From IMG/VR virus record IMGVR_UViG_3300031802_000005, positions 1-36,874 of that record: DNA of 36,874 bases; one strand, given 5' to 3'. The stretch's first letter is position 1; every line of letters starts with the position of its first letter. The position numbers and the translations under genes are program-made. The notes beneath the pieces are model-generated. The model worked only from the letters and a program-made list of their open reading frames with translations. It searched no databases and was not told the DNA's origin. This document shows, piece after piece, positions 1-10,600 of the stretch. The DNA is from a virus (taxonomy: Duplodnaviria; Caudoviricetes).

Positions 1-933
1 AGAACCATCATTACTACTATCGGATGATATAATAAACTCATAAGCATATTTTGATTCTTTTTCGCCATATACACCTATTGCCTTTATTAAATTAACTAGA
101 ATATTTATGTTGTCAAAATATATCTGCTTTGTAGGCACAGGTCTCTTCCAATAAATCATACCACCATCTTTTATATTCTTATCTCTCAAATACTCTACAT
201 TTTTACCTAACCATTTAAACTCTACAAAAAGTCTAGGTGCTGGGTCAAAGTTTGGTTTTGTATAAACATAGGTTTCAAATTTACCTAGTATATTTGATAT
301 AGGGGCAAATAGATTATTTAATTTAGGATTAATCCATTTCTCATTATAAGTTATAATACCGTGGTCTGGATACTTGTCAATTACCTTTTCAAGTTCCTTA
401 TAATATATTTCATTTGTTCCTAAAAATAAATGTTTAAATTGAATATCATCTTTCACAGGTTTATAAACTTCAAAGTTAATTATCTTTTCATATTGTGTAC
501 CAACACCATTTGGATAGACTTCATAATCGCATAAGTCATAAACCTTTTTAGTTTTAAAATATTCTAATGCTAAAGGATATTCTTTAGGTTGATTTTCTGA
601 ATAAAGTGCTATTACATTATTACTGAATAGTAAATGTAAAGTTAATAATTGGTCTTTTGTATATTCTTTTCTATCAATGTATGCTAAGGTTAACATACTT
701 CTACCTAAAATTAAAGTTATTTCATTTGTAGTTGGTGTATAATGGTCAAAGACAATATTTTCATAAATCTTATATTGGTCTTTAATTGCTTTTATATATT
801 CTTCTTTAGTATGTTTAGGATTAGGTATAATAACTACTTGGCATTTAATACCAATAGAATTTAAATGGCAACAATGTTCATAACTATAACGTAATAATCC
901 ATCACCAGGTTTACCTGTACATACTATATTCAT
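1..933 (-). CDS. Putative glycosyltransferase (GT-B-like), 3' end runs off the window
   Basis: Not in the ORF track because there is no stop in the window. Manual translation from ATG 933 is open for 311 codons (MNIVCTGKPGDGLLRYSYEHCCHL...). The segment YVYTKPNFDPAPRLFVEFKWLGK resembles the GT-B nucleotide-sugar-binding acidic motif region. Late promoter 5 nt upstream. Confidence 0.55.
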   Translation of the reverse strand, partial: MNIVCTGKPGDGLLRYSYEHCCHLNSIGIKCQVVIIPNPKHTKEEYIKAIKDQYKIYENIVFDHYTPTTNEITLILGRSMLTLAYIDRKEYTKDQLLTLHLLFSNNVIALYSENQPKEYPLALEYFKTKKVYDLCDYEVYPNGVGTQYEKIINFEVYKPVKDDIQFKHLFLGTNEIYYKELEKVIDKYPDHGIITYNEKWINPKLNNLFAPISNILGKFETYVYTKPNFDPAPRLFVEFKWLGKNVEYLRDKNIKDGGMIYWKRPVPTKQIYFDNINILVNLIKAIGVYGEKESKYAYEFIISSDSSNDGS

Positions 934-938
934 ATAGC

Positions 939-959
939 TATTTATATGTCTAATAAATA
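939..959. promoter_or_regulatory. Back-to-back T4-type late promoters (TATAAATA on - at 939-946; AATAAATA on + at 952-959)
   Basis: Sequence TATTTATA-tgtct-AATAAATA. Each element lies 5 nt upstream of an ATG (933 on -, 965 on +). Confidence 0.75.
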
Positions 960-964
960 TGTAT

Positions 965-1411
965 ATGAAATATGATTTAAAACTTATAAAAAAAGAATTA
1001 GAAACACTTCCTAAATATAACAAACAATTATATTTACAAGGTTATTCTAAAGATATGAATCCTGAAGAAGGTGCTGATAAAGGTTATGATGTAGATGATA
1101 TTGAAAATGAATATATTTATAATTTGTTTAATATACCATACATCAACAATATAATTAAAGAAAATAATCTTACAAGAACAAGATTGATGATAATGAAACC
1201 TAAATCGTGTTATCTATGGCATAATGATAAAACTAAAAGACTTCATATTCCAGTACAAACACACGAACATTGTTGGTTGTTATTAGATAATAAAAAAGTG
1301 CATTTACCAGCTGATGGTACGGCATATGTTGTAGATACAACAAAAAATCATACAGCGTTAAATTGTTCAAAAATAGACCGTATTCATATTGTTGGTGCTT
1401 TAAATGCTTAA
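965..1411 (+). CDS. Aspartyl/asparaginyl beta-hydroxylase-like 2OG-Fe(II) dioxygenase
   Basis: RTRLMIMKP..WHND...RLHIP...VVDTTKNHTALN...RIHIV gives the HxD...H triad and C-terminal Arg of this family. Start placed at 965 because ATG 959 overlaps the promoter element. Confidence 0.8.
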   Translation: MKYDLKLIKKELETLPKYNKQLYLQGYSKDMNPEEGADKGYDVDDIENEYIYNLFNIPYINNIIKENNLTRTRLMIMKPKSCYLWHNDKTKRLHIPVQTHEHCWLLLDNKKVHLPADGTAYVVDTTKNHTALNCSKIDRIHIVGALNA

Positions 1412-2171
1412 AATATGTACAGTATATTTTGATGGTTATTATACACCAGACTATGTATCAAAATTATATAGAAGTTTAAAAAGAAATTCATCTATACCTT
1501 TTGAATTTATATGTTTAAGTGATACTAAAAATATTGAAGCAGATGTAATATTACCTTATAACTCTTACGATAAGATTAAAATACATTGGCATAAATTAAA
1601 ATTCTTTAGTCCACAATTTGCATATCAAAACCCTGGTGATGATATTATAATTATGGATATAGACCAAGTTATTACAGGTAATGTAGATGAACTAATAGGA
1701 TATCCTGTACAAGATAATGAATTAGTTACTTATGGTATATGGTGGAATATGAAAACTAATCCATTTACAGTTAAAGACCCTTTATCAATAAATGGTGGGT
1801 TTTATAAATTTAAATCTGGTAGTTTAAAATATGTGTGGGATGATTTTGCATTAAATCCTGAATACTGGCAATTACATTACTATAATAAAGGTGACGTACA
1901 CTTTAAATACTATGGTGAACAAAACTATGTCAATTGGAAAATAGAAGAATATAAAACAAAATTAACTAAAACACCTGAACAATGGATATGTAAATACTCA
2001 ACCAATTTCAAAGAAAATCTTACACTAAACAAAATTTATCGTGACAAATTTAAGACTGATTATATGATATTAGGTGACGTACATAAATATATCAAAGTGG
2101 TACATTTTACAGGTCCAAGTAAAACTATACACCAGCACAATCAAAAGTTTATAAAGGAGAACTGGATATAA
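1404..2171 (+). CDS. Glycosyltransferase, GT-A fold (GT8-like)
   Basis: WHKLKFF, MDID (DxD), INGG, GEQ and VVHFTG motifs. Confidence 0.8.
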   Translation: MLKICTVYFDGYYTPDYVSKLYRSLKRNSSIPFEFICLSDTKNIEADVILPYNSYDKIKIHWHKLKFFSPQFAYQNPGDDIIIMDIDQVITGNVDELIGYPVQDNELVTYGIWWNMKTNPFTVKDPLSINGGFYKFKSGSLKYVWDDFALNPEYWQLHYYNKGDVHFKYYGEQNYVNWKIEEYKTKLTKTPEQWICKYSTNFKENLTLNKIYRDKFKTDYMILGDVHKYIKVVHFTGPSKTIHQHNQKFIKENWI

Positions 2172-2172
2172 T

Positions 2173-3576
2173 ATGAAAAAAACACAAATTCCTTATTCTA
2201 ATTTTGGTAGTCCAGGTAATGTTGATACAACAGAATGGTTTAAAACTCTTTCAAAAGAAGGTGAACAACGAAAAAAAGACCCCAACTCTATAATGAATAG
2301 GGCAAAGAATAAAGATAATTTATTTTGTATCCATCCTTTTGCGGAAATGTTTGTAGAAATTGATGGTTACTATAAAGCGTGTTGCTTAGCTAAAAAAAAT
2401 TATAAAAACAATATTTCAAATACACCATTTAAGTCTTGGATGGAAGATAGTGAATATATGAATGGTCTTCGTAAAGAAATGTTGAATCCTGCTAAAGATT
2501 TTAAAGATAATAAATTTATAAACGAGTATTGTGTCAGATGTGTAAAGGATGAAAAGAGATATGGAAAGTCCAGGAGGACATACCATATGTGGAAGGAATC
2601 AAACAATCCAGAATTTTGGGATGACATTGAAAGAATTGCCAGAGAGTATGAAGAAACTGGTAAATATAAATTTAAGGAAAATAACCGAATATGTCAAATA
2701 CAATTAAAAGCATTTGGTGTTGAATGTAATTTAGATTGTCATATGTGTTTGCACGAAAATTCCAGTATGCGAATGGATATGGTAAAAAAACATAATCTAT
2801 GGAATACAAAAGTATTTGGACCCCTTGACAGTACATTAAAAAAATATAAAGATGTTAAAGATAATCTTACTAAAATTGATATTAAAGATGTTATTAATCA
2901 AGTCTGTGAATTAGGTCCATATTTAAGAAGTATAAAAATTATTGGTGGTGAACCACTAATAATGAAACAATATTATCAATTATTGGATGCTGTAATTGAA
3001 AGTGGCCACGCAAAAGATATTATTATTAAATTTCAAACCAATCTTACTAAATTAGTAGCTGGTAAACATAAATTTATTAATTATATTCCACATTTTCTTA
3101 ACATATCTTTTACAGCATCTATTGATGGTGTTGGTAAGTATCAAGACTATTGCCGTAGGAGGGGAGTTTGGGAAGAAATTGAAGATAATATAGATTTGGT
3201 AAATGATCCAAAGTTTAAAGATAAAGCGTATGTGGATGTTAATTCAGTAATTACTTGCCTTAATGTATTGCGTTATTATAAAGTAATTGATTATTGTAAC
3301 AATCATCCTGGTATCCGAGGCGTAGGTTGGTTGATGATAGAGTGGCCGAAAGCATTGAGAGTTAATAATTTACCAGATAAACTAAAAAATGATTTAATTC
3401 CAAAATACGAAGGTTTTCCAGATATTCAATCAGCGCTTAAAATGCCACCGTGCGAAGATAATGATTTCCAGGAAACAATAAACTATCTTCTTAAACAAGA
3501 TGAAGCGTATAAAGGAACTAAATGGGAAATGCATTTGTTTGATGTTTTTCCTGAATTAAAAGAGTTTGCAAAATGA
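2173..3576 (+). CDS. Radical SAM enzyme with N-terminal twitch/SPASM-like Fe-S domain
   Basis: CNLDCHMC (CxxxCxxC), IIGGEP, FQTN, ASIDG. N-terminal FCIHPF...DGYYKACC...CVRC. Confidence 0.85.
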   Translation: MKKTQIPYSNFGSPGNVDTTEWFKTLSKEGEQRKKDPNSIMNRAKNKDNLFCIHPFAEMFVEIDGYYKACCLAKKNYKNNISNTPFKSWMEDSEYMNGLRKEMLNPAKDFKDNKFINEYCVRCVKDEKRYGKSRRTYHMWKESNNPEFWDDIERIAREYEETGKYKFKENNRICQIQLKAFGVECNLDCHMCLHENSSMRMDMVKKHNLWNTKVFGPLDSTLKKYKDVKDNLTKIDIKDVINQVCELGPYLRSIKIIGGEPLIMKQYYQLLDAVIESGHAKDIIIKFQTNLTKLVAGKHKFINYIPHFLNISFTASIDGVGKYQDYCRRRGVWEEIEDNIDLVNDPKFKDKAYVDVNSVITCLNVLRYYKVIDYCNNHPGIRGVGWLMIEWPKALRVNNLPDKLKNDLIPKYEGFPDIQSALKMPPCEDNDFQETINYLLKQDEAYKGTKWEMHLFDVFPELKEFAK

Positions 3577-4136
3577 GAATAATTTGTGTACGAACTGGTA
3601 AAAGATTTACAAATTGGCACGTTGAAAATTTAGAACATATGATAGATACTTATTCAGGTCTAAAGTATGATAGTTTTGAAGTTATTGAAAATGACTTATA
3701 TGGTAATTGGTATAACAAACTCCAAATGTTTGATAAGTTTAGGGACGGAGAAAATTTATACTTTGATTTAGATGTAGTTATCTATAATAAATTACCAAAT
3801 TTAATTAGAAAGAATTTTACATTATTGGATGATACTTGGTGGAGAAAACCTGCTCATACACCTTTAAATTCATCCGTTGTATCTTGGACAGGTGATGTAT
3901 CACATATATGGGATAAGTTTAAATCTAATGATGAGTTTTATTTAAAGAAATATAATAAGGGTAGTGATGAATTTTATTATCGTGTAATAGAATATGAAAC
4001 ATATGATAAGGTTTGTCCAAAGATTAAAGAAAAAAAAGATAGAAATTATAGTATGTGTACTTTAGGTCAAATGCACCATTTAATGGAAAAAGGTTGGACT
4101 GGTTGGTGGTCTCCTTATTTTATTAAGCACCCATAA
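3573..4136 (+). CDS. Short glycosyltransferase, GT-A fold (paralogue of 1404..2171)
   Basis: WYNKLQMF, LYFDLDVVI (DxD), LNSSV and GSDEF are colinear with motifs of the 255-aa GT. Confidence 0.7.
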   Translation: MRIICVRTGKRFTNWHVENLEHMIDTYSGLKYDSFEVIENDLYGNWYNKLQMFDKFRDGENLYFDLDVVIYNKLPNLIRKNFTLLDDTWWRKPAHTPLNSSVVSWTGDVSHIWDKFKSNDEFYLKKYNKGSDEFYYRVIEYETYDKVCPKIKEKKDRNYSMCTLGQMHHLMEKGWTGWWSPYFIKHP

Positions 4137-4602
4137 TATCAAAAGCAGTTTTCATTATTTCTATTTTATTTTTAGATTGTCTTAATTTCTTTTTTAATAC
4201 ACTATCTTTTGAATCTCTAATTTTTTCTATTTCAAACAACGCTAATTTTAAAGCAAATAAATGGTCTTCATTGTCTTCTTCTTCAAAAAGTGCTTTAACA
4301 AGTATAGGATAAAATCCTGGATCTAATTTCTTTTTCCCAAATATTAAACCATCCTTTTGAGCAATTTTAATTGCAAATTTTTCAAAATTTTCTCTTTCTT
4401 CTCTTTTCTTTTCCCAAGTATTTTCGTGAAGGTCATCTAAAGGACAAATCTTTAATAATTCTTGACAAACTAAATTGTCAATATCATATTCAAGTATGTA
4501 TGGATTAACTTTTGTTCCATCACTATTAGTTAATAAAACTTCAATATTTTTTCTTTCATTATCTATAAAATGTGCTGTGATGTAATTGTCTTTAGTTATC
4601 AT
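4123..4602 (-). CDS. Hypothetical protein
   Basis: 159-aa ORF whose start overlaps the epimerase stop (TAATG). Its 3' end overlaps the convergent GT by 14 bp. Confidence 0.75.
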   Translation of the reverse strand: MITKDNYITAHFIDNERKNIEVLLTNSDGTKVNPYILEYDIDNLVCQELLKICPLDDLHENTWEKKREERENFEKFAIKIAQKDGLIFGKKKLDPGFYPILVKALFEEEDNEDHLFALKLALFEIEKIRDSKDSVLKKKLRQSKNKIEIMKTAFDIMGA

Positions 4603-5369
4603 TAATTTGTTCTCCTATTATCTTCAATATATTTCTTTAATTCATATTGTGGTTCCCAACCACAACTCGTCATTGCGTCTATATTTGCTTTGTTATCAAG
4701 TCTTTCAGTATCACCAGCAACTTTTTTTTCAGTAATAATTCCAAAGTGGTCCATTATATCAGTTAACTTATGTGTAGTGCCTGTCCCTATATCTATCACA
4801 CCTCTCTTTTCATCAAATGCTGTAATTTGTTTTTGTCTTAATAAAGATTCAATCGCTGAACAAATATCATATACGTGTATAAAATCTCTACTATGATTTG
4901 TATTAATATATGGCACATTATTTTTTAATATTCTAGGTATCAACATTTGTTCTCTTGCACCTGGTCCATATACAGTAGTAAATCTCATACCTAAACTATT
5001 TGCAGGAGCAATTTGTTCCATACTATATTTACTCATTGCATAAGGATTTCTCCAAGGTTCATATGCAGTACTTGAACTTGCATACAAAATTCTTGTATCT
5101 TTAAAATGGTCAAATATTCTTTGACTTACAATTACATTTTGTTTCCAATAGTCTGTAGGATTTTCAAAACTTTGTCTGACACCAGATAGACCTGCTAGAT
5201 GAATAACTACATCTACATCATAATTTAAATCACAGGTAAGTAATTCATTTGGGAATAATACATCACCTGAATTGCGGTCTAAACCAATTACGTTAAAACG
5301 TTTTTTTGATAACCATACTGAAAGATTTTTACCAATAAATCCATCACTACCTGTTAATAATATGTTCAT
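4602..5369 (-). CDS. NAD-dependent nucleotide-sugar epimerase/dehydratase (extended SDR)
   Basis: TGSDGFIG, HLAG, YASSS, YAMSK (YxxxK), RFTTVYGP, RDFIHV. Confidence 0.9.
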   Translation of the reverse strand: MNILLTGSDGFIGKNLSVWLSKKRFNVIGLDRNSGDVLFPNELLTCDLNYDVDVVIHLAGLSGVRQSFENPTDYWKQNVIVSQRIFDHFKDTRILYASSSTAYEPWRNPYAMSKYSMEQIAPANSLGMRFTTVYGPGAREQMLIPRILKNNVPYINTNHSRDFIHVYDICSAIESLLRQKQITAFDEKRGVIDIGTGTTHKLTDIMDHFGIITEKKVAGDTERLDNKANIDAMTSCGWEPQYELKKYIEDNRRTN

Positions 5370-5384
5370 AATAATATATCATTT

Positions 5385-6560
5385 TTAACTCTTATTTATT
5401 TTCAAATACCACGTATTTGCTGTTGACGCTGTTCCATTTGGAAATTCTTGTGCTCTATAATCGTCAATACCACCATCAGCATTATATTGAAAAGTTTGAT
5501 AATCTCCTGTACCAGATAATATTGTATCTGCCATACCAGAACCTCTATTTGTTCCAGTTGTATAACTATAAGCTATTTTAAAACCGTCTGAAGAGTCAGC
5601 AGCAGTTTTTTTCATCCATCCTTTTAAATACGTTTTCAAATTTGCTTCTGTATAACTTTGTAAATGATTATCTGATTGTCTTATATAAAGAGGTATATTT
5701 GTAGAATTATTAACTCCATTTATCTTATGTAAATAATAACTTGTAACAGTTGTAGGTTGGTCTAGTGCTTCTCCACCAATTCTATATTCTCCTGAAGCTT
5801 GAGCTGTAAAATTTTGACTTAAAGTTAATGTATTACCATTAATTTCAGTTATAGTTGTAGGAGATGTACTTCTATCTGGAAGAGTTGTGTTGTTTTGTCT
5901 CCAAATTCCCATCCCAACAGTTATACTAGTTACATTATTCATAGTTACTATATTTGTTCCACTTGTGCCACCACTAGCATATTGTTTTTTTTGTGTAAAT
6001 CCTAATCCAGCAGCGTCATCTGTATATGCTGCTGTATCTGCTTGAGTATTAACAAAAACTGGTGTAGCAGAAACTAAAGTTGAACCTCCTACACTAGTTG
6101 ATGTACTAATATGATATGTTCCTGCTTGTGCTGATGTTGTTGTTGCCGCTGCTAATAAATTAATAGCAGGATGTAAAAATGTATCTTTAACATCTTGTAA
6201 AGTCATAGCTTGTATATTTTTATCACTTCTTCTATAAGCAGGCCAAAGCCAACCACTATCAGAAGTTGGACTACCTCCTGATACAGTTTGTTGTATTTTA
6301 TCGTAAGTGATTATAACTGTCGTAGGTTCGTTTGTTGTTGCTTCAGTAGGAAAAGAACTTTGGTGTGTACTAACTGTGCCTGCTTGTTGTCTTGTATCAG
6401 TTAGACTTCCTAAACTTCCACCTGAAGGTACTATACTTAATGAAACGGATGTGTCTAAAGAATATTGGTAAACGCATTGGTCAATTATAGTGTCAACCAT
6501 TGCTGTAGTCATTTCTTTCAGGTCGCCAGCGTCATAATATAAAGGTGCTCGTATAGCCAT
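5385..6560 (-). CDS. Ser/Thr-rich putative virion structural protein
   Basis: 391 aa, T/S/G-rich, in the late operon. GGAGA ribosome-binding site. Confidence 0.6.
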   Translation of the reverse strand: MAIRAPLYYDAGDLKEMTTAMVDTIIDQCVYQYSLDTSVSLSIVPSGGSLGSLTDTRQQAGTVSTHQSSFPTEATTNEPTTVIITYDKIQQTVSGGSPTSDSGWLWPAYRRSDKNIQAMTLQDVKDTFLHPAINLLAAATTTSAQAGTYHISTSTSVGGSTLVSATPVFVNTQADTAAYTDDAAGLGFTQKKQYASGGTSGTNIVTMNNVTSITVGMGIWRQNNTTLPDRSTSPTTITEINGNTLTLSQNFTAQASGEYRIGGEALDQPTTVTSYYLHKINGVNNSTNIPLYIRQSDNHLQSYTEANLKTYLKGWMKKTAADSSDGFKIAYSYTTGTNRGSGMADTILSGTGDYQTFQYNADGGIDDYRAQEFPNGTASTANTWYLKINKS

Positions 6561-6572
6561 AATTAAATTCTC

Positions 6573-7442
6573 CTATGTAGAACTACCAACAATCGTCTTT
6601 TGCGCTACTCCCGCTGAATTGTATATTGTTAATGATACAGAAGTTGAAAATATAGTTGATGTTGCTAAACCTGTTAATGCAACGGTACCAGTCGCAGCTG
6701 GTAAAGTAATAATATGGTCAGCTGTAGGGTCAACTACGGTTAATCTTGTTTCAAAATCATTAGCAGTTGCGCCTTCCCAAAATATATTTTTATCAACACC
6801 CATTTCAATATTAGAACCAAATTTTGTTTTTCCACTAGATGATTCAATATTATAAGAACCTGCTGGGTTTATTGTTGTTACACCAGCTGTAAGAGGACCA
6901 ACTACCTTCAAAGAATCATCAATTATCATTTGAGATGAGTCAGTTGAATTAATAGTATTACCTGAAATCTGAACTGTGCCTAAAATATGTGTAGGACCTG
7001 TACCAGTTACATTAACAACAGAAAGATTTCCAACTGCTGTTATACTTCCAACATTTGTTATATCACCAGTAACCGATAAGTCATTAGTAACCGATAAGTC
7101 ATTAGTAACCGTTAAGTCATTTGGAATAGTTACATCATTTGCTAAACCAACTGTTAATGTATCTGGTGCAGTGACAGTTGCTGTTGTTTGATTTACTGTG
7201 CCTAATGCAGTTAATGTTTGTCCTGAACCAACAGCTTGTATAGCTGAATCAACATCCGTAATAAACCAACCAGCGGCTGCTGTTACCACGGAATTAATTT
7301 CATTTACAGCGCCTATAACACTTGTTGCGGTTAATGACGGATCTAACGTACCTATATCACCAAAGTCATCTGCCGCTAATGCATTAAATTGCGTTCTAAA
7401 TGTTTCTAGTGTATCTGTTTGTGCTATATTTCTTGCGGCCAT
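6573..7442 (-). CDS. Putative tail fibre / beta-helical virion protein
   Basis: N-terminal TDTLETFRTQFN motif typical of T4-like fibre N-termini, NDL(S/T)VT hexapeptide repeats, and a WEGATANDFETRLTVVDPTADHIITLP module. Confidence 0.65.
   Translation of the reverse strand: MAARNIAQTDTLETFRTQFNALAADDFGDIGTLDPSLTATSVIGAVNEINSVVTAAAGWFITDVDSAIQAVGSGQTLTALGTVNQTTATVTAPDTLTVGLANDVTIPNDLTVTNDLSVTNDLSVTGDITNVGSITAVGNLSVVNVTGTGPTHILGTVQISGNTINSTDSSQMIIDDSLKVVGPLTAGVTTINPAGSYNIESSSGKTKFGSNIEMGVDKNIFWEGATANDFETRLTVVDPTADHIITLPAATGTVALTGLATSTIFSTSVSLTIYNSAGVAQKTIVGSST
7068..7121. repeat. 18-bp tandem repeat x3 (AGTAACCGATAAGTCATT; third copy has one mismatch)
   Basis: Read directly. Encodes NDLTVT-NDLSVT-NDLSVT on the minus strand. 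Confidence 0.9.
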
Positions 7443-7666
7443 TATTTACTAACCTTCTTTAATAGAAATTCTTTTATTTCTCTTAATTCTTTCTTTAAAT
7501 TATTTATCTCTCTAATTACATTTATCATTTCATCTTTATTTTCTCTTCTTCGTGTTTGTCTTTGCATATATATTTCATACTCACTTGATTTTTCTCTTAT
7601 AATAGCACTAGAATAAACATCTCTTACTAAACCTGTATAACCTTTTACTTTTAATTGTTCAGCCAT
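7442..7666 (-). CDS. Small coiled-coil hypothetical protein downstream of VrlC-like gene
   Basis: MAEQLKVKGYTGLVRD...INNLKKELREIKEFL. ATG 7666 lies just after the VrlC stop and its TAA overlaps the next ATG. Confidence 0.7.
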   Translation of the reverse strand: MAEQLKVKGYTGLVRDVYSSAIIREKSSEYEIYMQRQTRRRENKDEMINVIREINNLKKELREIKEFLLKKVSK

Positions 7667-7667
7667 A

Positions 7668-10600
7668 TTATACCGCCAAAGCAATCGCCCTTAAATCTTT
7701 TAATCTAGGTGGATAAGATGAAACTAATCCATTCATCACACATTTGACTTGGAAAGATGTAAATTCTGGAAGACTATCAACACTAAATTGATATTCTTTA
7801 AAGTCATCATCTAATACCGTATCACCAACCGATGGTGTAATAGATGTATCTGGACTACCGTCTGTATTAAAATATGTCCAAGGTATATCAGCTAATCTTC
7901 TTGTTTCTTCTCCTCCACTTAATCTGTAAAGGAATTTAATTGTTGAAGTAGACCTTACACTTGCCCCAACTCTTACATCTAAAGCAGTTGAAGGATTTGC
8001 TAAACTAACTGACCTTGTCATATAAGCACCAGCAGAAGATAGTCCTGAAATAGAAGTATCATCTTCAAAGTCCACTTTATTAGAAATTTTTGCTACAACT
8101 TTTGAATTTAAAACTGGAGCAATTCCCATTGTTAAAGTTGTTCCAGAAGTTGTAAAGTCAACAACTGGAGTTAATTTTTTACCATCTTTTTTAACAGATA
8201 CTAAATGAACACTTGAAGGTGTTGCACCTAAAGTAAAGTCAACTAAAGTTCCATCTCCTGTAAATGTATCTGTACTAGAAACAGTAGGTTGATTTAATCT
8301 GTTTGAAATACAAAATGCGTTTAATCTTTGTGTATCAATAACAGGTGATAAATTTGCATTTGTTGAATACAATGTACTATTCACAAGCATTGATTTATAA
8401 TTTGTTAAACTTGACATTTCATTTGTTTGGTTAATTGTACTTGCTATCATTTGTGGAGCAGTAAAATACACATTGTCTCCCATTGTAATTGATTTTTCAG
8501 ATGAAGCACCTGCCAAAGCAAATTGTGATTCAGCACCATCTACAGATTTACCTGTCGTTGTTCTGATACCAGTTGTTAAGCTTGTTCCTGGATGTATAAC
8601 GTGTCCTAATTGTAATTGTAATACATCAAATTGTCTATTTTGAGTTGCCGTTACCGTATTACCTCCAACATCACCAGTTGCTGTTGCTGGTCCACCTGGA
8701 ACTAATAAATCATAACTATCTAAAGTTATATTTTTAATTGATGTGTAAGTTCCATTAATTTCTGAATGGTCATAACCATTATATGTTCCTGAAGCTACTC
8801 CTGCAATAGTTACATTGTCAGTTTCGCTATGCATTCCGTGACTCTTATGATAAACTCTTATATCACTAGAACCATTAAATGTTCTAATTGGATTATTCTT
8901 TAAAGTCTTAACAGGTAAATCAGCATTTGCTAATGTAACCATTGCATAAGTGCCAGTTGTAAAGACTGCTTTTTTCAAATTGAAAGTTAAATCTTCCATT
9001 TGTTCAGCATTCCAAGTTCTATTATTTGCAGATTTAAATAGAACACCTCCACCAGGTTGTTCAGATACCGTTCTATCTGATCCTATTTGTGTCCCGCCTA
9101 AACGAGAAACATACGCCGTATAATCCTGTGAGTCTGTATATAAAACTAAACAATATTCTGTTTCTTCTTTTAAATAAACAGGTGAAGGGAATGTAAATGT
9201 AGTTGCAGTTGTTCCATCCGTACTTGTATTAACTGAACTTGGATTTAGCCATTTTCTACCAAAAGGTAATACCTGTGTTCCAGGATATCCATTAACCATA
9301 TTTCTAATTTCTGCTTTAACAGGTATTGTATTTGATTTTGTAGCAAAATAAGCATCCACACTAGTTATAAAACAACCATTAGCACTATCAATCATAAATG
9401 ATTGAGCTAATGGATCTCTATTTGGTGGTGCAGGAGTGAATCTGGATGTATTTGTAATTTGTCTTGTTTCATTAACTGCTTCTCTAACCGTTTCTGTTTC
9501 TCTTGTAGAAATATTAACACCTTGCATTGTGTTTAATAATCCTTTTGCGTTATAATCAGCTTCTGCTGTTGTAGCAAGTGCTGTTCTATCCATAGTATTA
9601 GTAGATGAACTTGTTAATCTGAAAACTCTACGTCCTGTTCTCCATCTTGGATTTGCATCCACATTTGGATCAGGTATCGCAAATACACCTTTAACATATC
9701 CATTAGCGTTTGTATTTAAATTACCACCTAATGAACCACCATCTGGTGTTGCGTATAAAGCAACAGACACATTATCAAAAAATGGAAAAACTCTTGTATT
9801 TGGTCTCAAACCATATCCTTCAAAGGTTACATTTCTACTTCTTATAAATGGAACAAAATTAACACTTACAACTCTATCACCTAAACTATGAGTAACCGTT
9901 CTAGGAATTACACTTGTTCTTATTCCACCTCTTGTTTGTATTGAATCTGTTTGTGAAACCTGAGTTCTTCCTTCAGTCCAAGACCTTGGATTTCCAGTCC
10001 AATTAGTTTGCCATTCATTCCAAGCTGTACCCAAAGGAATTTCAGTTAAATCACCACTATTTTCTATTCCTAAATCTCTAGCTAATTGGTCAAAACTTCC
10101 TGCCAAATCAACTGTAATTTCAGGTACTCTTTCTGTTTCTCTCCATTCATCAACTGCTGGAGTTAATTCTGCTGTGCCAATCCAAGTAAATATTAAAAAT
10201 GGATTTAAATTTTCTGTTTTAGTTGCATAAGGATTTTGAATTACCGATGTTTCTGTATATGGTAAAGAAATCAAATCTCCAGTTTTTGTATAATTAGCTG
10301 CTGTTCTATCAGCTGCTAAAATTACTGAACCATCTCCATCTACTTCTTCCAAAGCAGCCGCATCCTGATTAAACATTGTTCGTACTTCACCACGTTCCAT
10401 ATCCATTGCACACTTATAATCAAAATTTCTAACATCACCAATATTATGTCCAGTAAAATTATCTACAACAAAACCATTTTTGAATCTATCTAAACCATCA
10501 GCGTCCTGTATTTGCATTGATTGAGCATTTGCTTCTAATAATGATAATGATGTATAGTATTCAACATTTGATATTCTTCTTTCCAAATGTCCAATATCTC

